NCBI GenBank assembly: GCA_047617745.1
Contig: JBLGBN010000016.1
Location: 1 to 20,329 of the forward strand
DNA: 20,329 nucleotides
Direction of reading: 5' to 3'
Source: Candidatus Nanohaloarchaea archaeon
GTDB taxonomy: Archaea; Nanohalarchaeota; Nanosalinia; Nanosalinales; Nanosalinaceae
Positions 15,925-20,329 of the stretch are shown piece after piece. The notes beneath the pieces are model-generated. The model was not told where the DNA came from, did no database searches, and was given only the letters and a program-made list of their open reading frames with translations. The translations under genes and the position numbers were made by a program. Numbering within the stretch: position 1 is the stretch's first letter; each line of letters begins with the position of its first letter.

Positions 15925-16400
15925 AGGAAAAACACAGGAAAGCCGGAACAGTAATTCTCACATTGATGGGGCTGGCCGTTCTGAGTTACACTGTTTCCCA
16001 GTCAAGTATAGGCCAGCAGAGAGCGCTTTTCCTAGATGAAACCGGAGAGATTAAAGCAGAAATCAGTTTTGAGACCGCGGTCACTCCCGAAGAAAAACAG
16101 GTTGGACTGATGAACAGAACCAGTCTCAGGGACAACCACGGAATGATATTTGTGTACGACGACGCTGAGGTAAGAGCTTTCTGGATGAAAAACACGTTGA
16201 TACCACTGGACATAATATTCCTGGATTCGGAAAAGAGAATAATCAACATCGAAAAGGCCTACCCGGAACCTAATACTCCAGATTCAGAACTGAAACGTTA
16301 CCGGAGCGACGGACCTGCTCAGTACGTGATTGAAGTCAATCAGAACTTTACAGACAGGAATAACATTGAGGAAAGTGATAGAGTAGAGTTCTCGGATTGA
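15921..16400 (+). CDS. DUF192 family membrane-anchored protein
   Basis: N-terminal TM helix, GLMNRTSL, GMIFVY, FWMKNTLIPLDIIF, YVIEVN. Confidence 0.93.
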   Translation: MKEKHRKAGTVILTLMGLAVLSYTVSQSSIGQQRALFLDETGEIKAEISFETAVTPEEKQVGLMNRTSLRDNHGMIFVYDDAEVRAFWMKNTLIPLDIIFLDSEKRIINIEKAYPEPNTPDSELKRYRSDGPAQYVIEVNQNFTDRNNIEESDRVEFSD

Positions 16401-16624
16401 ACCGACCTCCCTCATGAATGCTGAGTGCAGATTATCCAATCATGAGTTCGAAGAAGATATCACTTAAAGATGAGACAATTGGCATGGATATCGGTGCGAC
16501 CGCTGAAGGACTCATAGAAGGATAGAGAGAAACCATATTAACCAATAAGGGATAGGAAGAACTACTTTCGAAATAAAAATCCGAAGAAAATAAAATACTC
16601 TACATGAATTGTCGAAAGCAAGGA

Positions 16625-17134
16625 ATGAGCGAATCTATTGACATTGGCATCAAATTCGACGACAGCTTTGATCGCCAGTTGCGGCGCCATGAACCACTAT
16701 TCGATCCTGTCTCAAAACTCATACTCCATCTTGGAGAGACATGGATTTCCGGGGATGATATCTACTGTGAAGTCAGAGCCGTTGGCTTCTTTACCCAGTT
16801 ACTCACCTTAATTTGTGATTTAGATGCAGCTGAAAGTGAAACAGCCGGGAAAATTCAGCTATACGATGAGACATATTTGTCACTTCGCCTAGAAAGCGAG
16901 AAATTGACTATTGAGCATCGATACAACGAAGCAGCGATAGATAACCCAGACGAGCGCCTCGGAATCGGAGCTGAATCAACTGCCGATTTTAACCAGGTGG
17001 CGCTGGAAGCACTTGAAGGAGCAGAACAGGTCAACGAGCGCATTGCTGAAGTAATCAACGATACCGACCAGTCAAAGCTATACCAGCTCAACACCGCTAT
17101 CGAAGCGGCAAGAGAAAGATTTGGAGAGGAATAA
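16625..17134 (+). CDS. Hypothetical protein with atypical codon usage (start 16625 or 16604)
   Basis: Intact acidic ORF; 7 of 10 Arg codons are CGN; AT-rich flanks. Confidence 0.75.
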   Translation: MSESIDIGIKFDDSFDRQLRRHEPLFDPVSKLILHLGETWISGDDIYCEVRAVGFFTQLLTLICDLDAAESETAGKIQLYDETYLSLRLESEKLTIEHRYNEAAIDNPDERLGIGAESTADFNQVALEALEGAEQVNERIAEVINDTDQSKLYQLNTAIEAARERFGEE

Positions 17135-17246
17135 AATATTTCGAGCTCCTTCCAGCACTGTCAGGGCTTACTGGCTAGAGACACTTAATTCAATCAAACA
17201 AATTCAAGAAAATAGAAGAAGTTAAAACCCGGTTTTACCCGGAAGT

Positions 17247-18563
17247 TTAACTGATATCGATTGTTCTTCCGTTCTCGCTGATGAAGACGTCTTCTTCAAG
17301 CGTATATCCTTCCTCTCTTGCAAGCTCTACATAGCTTCCAAGTTTCTGGATGTTACCGTGGGAAGGAACGATGTTGTCCGGATCGAGAATCTGGATGAAG
17401 TCTCTATGATCTTCTTTCCTTGCGTGTCCGGATGTGTGGACGTCTTTGTAAAGTCTTACTCCCTGTTCCTTCATCTTCTTCTCAAGGCTGTACCTGTTAG
17501 CCTGGGTGAGAGGTGTTGGGATGACCTGTGAGGAGAAGATTACATGGTCACCTTCCCTGAACTTGAACGGGTATTCCTGTGAAGCGATCTTGTCCATCTG
17601 TGCTCCTGGCTCTCCCTGGTTCCCTGTCGCGACGACAAGCCATTCCTCTCGGGCTCCTTCGACCTTCTCCATTACTTCCGCACATTCGTCGTAGTAGGAA
17701 ACTACTTCGACATCGGAGAGATCAATTAATCCCAGTTCCTGCGCTGCTTCTGCATACTCTCTAAGAGATCTTCCGACAAAGGCAATCTTTCTCCTTCCAT
17801 CGTTTGCATCGATGATAGAGTTCAGTCTTGAGATCTGTGAAGAGAACGTTGTCATGATTACTGCGCCACCTGCCTCGTAACATGAGGTCATGACGTCTTC
17901 AAGTTCTACTTCGACAGATTTTTCCGATCTGCATCTTCCCTCGTCATCCACTCTCGTGGTTCCTGGGATCATCAGTTCGATTCCCTCTTCTCCTGCCTGT
18001 TTCATCTTCTCTATATCAGTTGTCTCTTCGATAACAGGTGAACGGTCGATCTTCATGTCATTTCCGTAGATTACTCCGCCTTCCGGGGTTTTTAACCAGG
18101 AAAGAGTTGCCTGTGGGATCGAGTGGTTGACGTGGATGAACTCAAGATCGAGCTCATCTGTGATCTCATACTCATCTCCTTTCTCTAATCCGATTACAGG
18201 GTTTTGAATGTTCTTGCGATCGTCTTCAATCTGTTTTTCAACGATCTTTTTCGTGTATGGCGTACAGATAATTGGGCAGTCATATGCACCAGCAAGCTTT
18301 GGGATGGCTCCAACGTGGTCAAGATGTCCATGCCCGATTACGATAGCACGTACATCTGCATCACTTTCGTACAGAACCTGGTCTCGGGGAATAGCCCCGG
18401 TTTCCAACGTCTGATTCGTTGTCATCTCGTTGACTTCTCCTTCTGCGTTGATTACTTCTTCCATCTCGTAGCCCATGTCGAAGATAACTGCTTCGCCATC
18501 GACCTCTACTGCTGTCATATTCCGGCCAACTTCTTCATAGCCGCCTAAAGTGTGTACTTTCAT
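17247..18563 (-). CDS. rnj: Archaeal ribonuclease J (beta-CASP metallo-beta-lactamase)
   Basis: GGYEEVGRNMTAV, FDMG, HGHLDHVG, HSIP, FSSQISR, TGNQGEPGA, VHTSGHA, PSHG; start set at ATG 18563. Confidence 0.96.
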   Translation of the reverse strand: MKVHTLGGYEEVGRNMTAVEVDGEAVIFDMGYEMEEVINAEGEVNEMTTNQTLETGAIPRDQVLYESDADVRAIVIGHGHLDHVGAIPKLAGAYDCPIICTPYTKKIVEKQIEDDRKNIQNPVIGLEKGDEYEITDELDLEFIHVNHSIPQATLSWLKTPEGGVIYGNDMKIDRSPVIEETTDIEKMKQAGEEGIELMIPGTTRVDDEGRCRSEKSVEVELEDVMTSCYEAGGAVIMTTFSSQISRLNSIIDANDGRRKIAFVGRSLREYAEAAQELGLIDLSDVEVVSYYDECAEVMEKVEGAREEWLVVATGNQGEPGAQMDKIASQEYPFKFREGDHVIFSSQVIPTPLTQANRYSLEKKMKEQGVRLYKDVHTSGHARKEDHRDFIQILDPDNIVPSHGNIQKLGSYVELAREEGYTLEEDVFISENGRTIDIS

Positions 18564-18813
18564 AGTGTTTATCACGTTTTAATAAAACAGAAAACGGGGC
18601 TGAATTTTATAAACCGATAAGCTTAAAGTGAGATCTAATCTTCCTTGCATTTATAGATCCTGAAGTTGGAACCTATACCTCATAATCTACCGGCAGTCGG
18701 CCACTTAACTATTAGAGGTCTAGAAAAGGCGGCAGCATGGCAAGGACTTGCGTAACAACATCCTGCAGAGCGGAGAATAGAAAAAGGTTGGAATCTCTAA
18801 AACATCAGATCAG

Positions 18814-19293
18814 CTAACTCACGTCAAACCATATATCGCCTTCAGCCGGGTTAGAAGGTTCGGAAGCCTGAACAAAAATATGAGAATTATCTACAGTATC
18901 GGCATCTAGACCACTACCACTTCCCTGCTGTATATTCGCAGCTGGAATATGCTGATCAGTAGAGCTCCAGATCGTGTTTAAGTTGTCATCCGTTATATCG
19001 CCGTGAATCTGTAAATTACCTGAGTTATCAATATCAAAATCAAGACTACTTCCCTGTCCTCCATAAAAAGAGAAACCGTCAGTTCTAACGTTTAAAGCCG
19101 AAGCAGGCAGTAAAGAAAGCGCTCCTAAACCAAGAGTCCCGGCACCTATCTTTTTCAGGAAACCACGCCTCGAAATATCCTGTTCGGAAGAAGATTCTTT
19201 CCTGTTTCTCTCCTCAACTATCTCACGAGCTTTCTCCTCAACCAATTCTTTCAGTTCAGATTCCGTGACTTCAATCTTGGTTTTCTCAGACAT
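18814..19293 (-). CDS. Twin-arginine (Tat) substrate with tail-fibre-like mature domain
   Basis: From ATG 19293: 40-aa charged helical n-region, SRRGFLK, h-region IGAGTLGLGALSLL, ASA cleavage site; mature part has QQGSGSGLDADTVD and C-terminal VQASEPSNPAEGDIWFD. Confidence 0.85.
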   Translation of the reverse strand: MSEKTKIEVTESELKELVEEKAREIVEERNRKESSSEQDISRRGFLKKIGAGTLGLGALSLLPASALNVRTDGFSFYGGQGSSLDFDIDNSGNLQIHGDITDDNLNTIWSSTDQHIPAANIQQGSGSGLDADTVDNSHIFVQASEPSNPAEGDIWFDVS

Positions 19294-19318
19294 TATAATA
19301 GATACTTGTGGAGACCTG

Positions 19319-19325
19319 CTTAAAA
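19319..19325 (-). promoter_or_regulatory. Putative TATA box for the Tat-substrate gene
   Basis: TTTTAAG 25 nt upstream of ATG 19293, the leaderless spacing seen elsewhere in the window. Confidence 0.55.
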
Positions 19326-19345
19326 TGTTCATTCCCTTATCTAGA

Positions 19346-20038
19346 CTAGTTCTCATATTTTCCCACTAGCCAGATACTTATCTGGTAGAGCCCCATAACC
19401 GGTATAGTAACCAGTATCTGGGTGACAACATCCGGAGGTGTGGAAACCGCTGCAAGAAGCAGAACAGTAACAAATGCGTAAGGCCTGTAATCCACCATCA
19501 TATCCTGGTCAATAACACCAGCAGTCGCCAGTACAACCGATACAACCGGCAGCTGGAACATTAAACCGGAGAAAGCTGAGAGTTTTACCGCAAAACCAAT
19601 AGTGTTCTGAAGCCCCCAAACTGCTGTAACCTCGGAAGCCCGGGTCATAGCTGTGAAGAAGCTGAGAGCTGATTTAACCACATACTGGTATGAAAACACT
19701 GCTCCACCTATGAAAAGCAGTAAAGAGAACGGCAAATAGTTTCTGATAACCCTGTACTCCCTGTTTTTCAGCCCGGGCTGAGCAAATTTCAGCATCTGGA
19801 AAGCTATAAACGGTAGAGCTAAGAAAAAACCGAACAAAACAGCGATAGTAATTCGAGTGTAGAAAACCTCGTAAGCCGTTAAGGCGTGGAGGCTGATCGC
19901 TAGATCGCTCTGTATCCAGTTAAGAATATTCGAGGAATAAAGAAAACCAGCCACTCCTGCCAAAGCCAGAACTAATACAGCGCTCTTGAGACGTGACTTC
20001 AGCTCAAGCAGGTGCTGTTCAATCGGCTGCTCAGTCAT
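19346..20038 (-). CDS. tatC: Twin-arginine translocase subunit TatC
   Basis: PIEQHLLELKSRL, FAQPGLKNRE, FQLPVV, STPPDVVTQ, GLYQISI; about 6 TM helices. Confidence 0.96.
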   Translation of the reverse strand: MTEQPIEQHLLELKSRLKSAVLVLALAGVAGFLYSSNILNWIQSDLAISLHALTAYEVFYTRITIAVLFGFFLALPFIAFQMLKFAQPGLKNREYRVIRNYLPFSLLLFIGGAVFSYQYVVKSALSFFTAMTRASEVTAVWGLQNTIGFAVKLSAFSGLMFQLPVVSVVLATAGVIDQDMMVDYRPYAFVTVLLLAAVSTPPDVVTQILVTIPVMGLYQISIWLVGKYEN

Positions 20039-20039
20039 A

Positions 20040-20255
20040 TTACTCCTCTTTTTTCCCTGTTTCTACATCAGTCATTTCCTCAGCGGTCTCGTCAAGTTCA
20101 TCCTTGACATCCTCCGCTTCCTTCATGGACTTGTTAAATTCCTTCTTCGACTCGCCTAACGAACGGGCAAGTTGAGGCAGTTTCTTCGGTCCGACAACTA
20201 AGGCAACTATAGCAGCCACTACAAGCAAAATCTCAGGTGGTCCAAGTAAAGCCAT
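20040..20255 (-). CDS. tatA: Twin-arginine translocase subunit TatA
   Basis: LGPPEILLV...VGPKKLPQLARSLGESKKEF; start set at ATG 20255; TTAATTAA box at 20278-20285. Confidence 0.96.
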   Translation of the reverse strand: MALLGPPEILLVVAAIVALVVGPKKLPQLARSLGESKKEFNKSMKEAEDVKDELDETAEEMTDVETGKKEE

Positions 20256-20329
20256 ACACAACAATTAGGGAAGAGGATTAATTAAGTGTTTGGAATAAAT
20301 CAGATGGAATGAGAATGCTCTTTCGTATA

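Noticed and set aside
19294..19356. Upstream extension of the Tat-substrate ORF overlapping tatC
   Set aside because: Contains a well-placed TATA box for ATG 19293 and has no coding-like composition.
10200..19356. Provirus or integrated element explaining the tail-fibre-like genes
   Set aside because: No integrase, capsid, terminase or long att repeat of either tRNA was seen; the genes are interspersed with core housekeeping genes.
1..20329. CRISPR array, rRNA, transposase, reverse transcriptase/DGR
   Set aside because: No repeat-spacer periodicity, rRNA-like sequence or corresponding protein motifs were seen.

Overview
Gene-dense archaeal chromosome segment. The proteins are strongly acidic (D/E-rich), GC is moderate, intergenic spaces are very short and many genes look leaderless, with a TATA box about 23-30 nt before the start. 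Together this points to a halophilic DPANN archaeon, most likely Nanohaloarchaeota (inference). Left part: an information-processing cluster (PP2C-like, METTL5-like methylase, rpoL, DUF99, signal peptidase, TFS, coiled-coil protein, Rpa3/RPA14-like, PCNA), then an XPB-like helicase and a three-gene ABC-2 exporter. Middle and right: a polyglycine adhesin-like protein, ppa, an unlisted 50-aa Zn-ribbon protein, tRNA-Val(GAC), a divergent Nudix hydrolase, an intron-containing tRNA(CAU), gltX, an unlisted 33-aa membrane peptide, DUF192, a foreign-looking ORFan, RNase J and a tatA-tatC locus. Two observations stand out. (1) tatA-tatC is followed directly by a twin-arginine substrate whose mature part consists of virus tail-fibre-like motifs, and a signal-less polyglycine tip-adhesin-like gene lies elsewhere in the window, with no provirus genes; this may be a domesticated, Tat-exported fibre system for host attachment. 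(2) The 80-nt tRNA(CAU) intron carries a K-turn C'/D' guide that by the D+5 rule targets its own wobble C34, in a fold mutually exclusive with the BHB splicing fold. All calls come from motif recognition by eye; no database searches were run.
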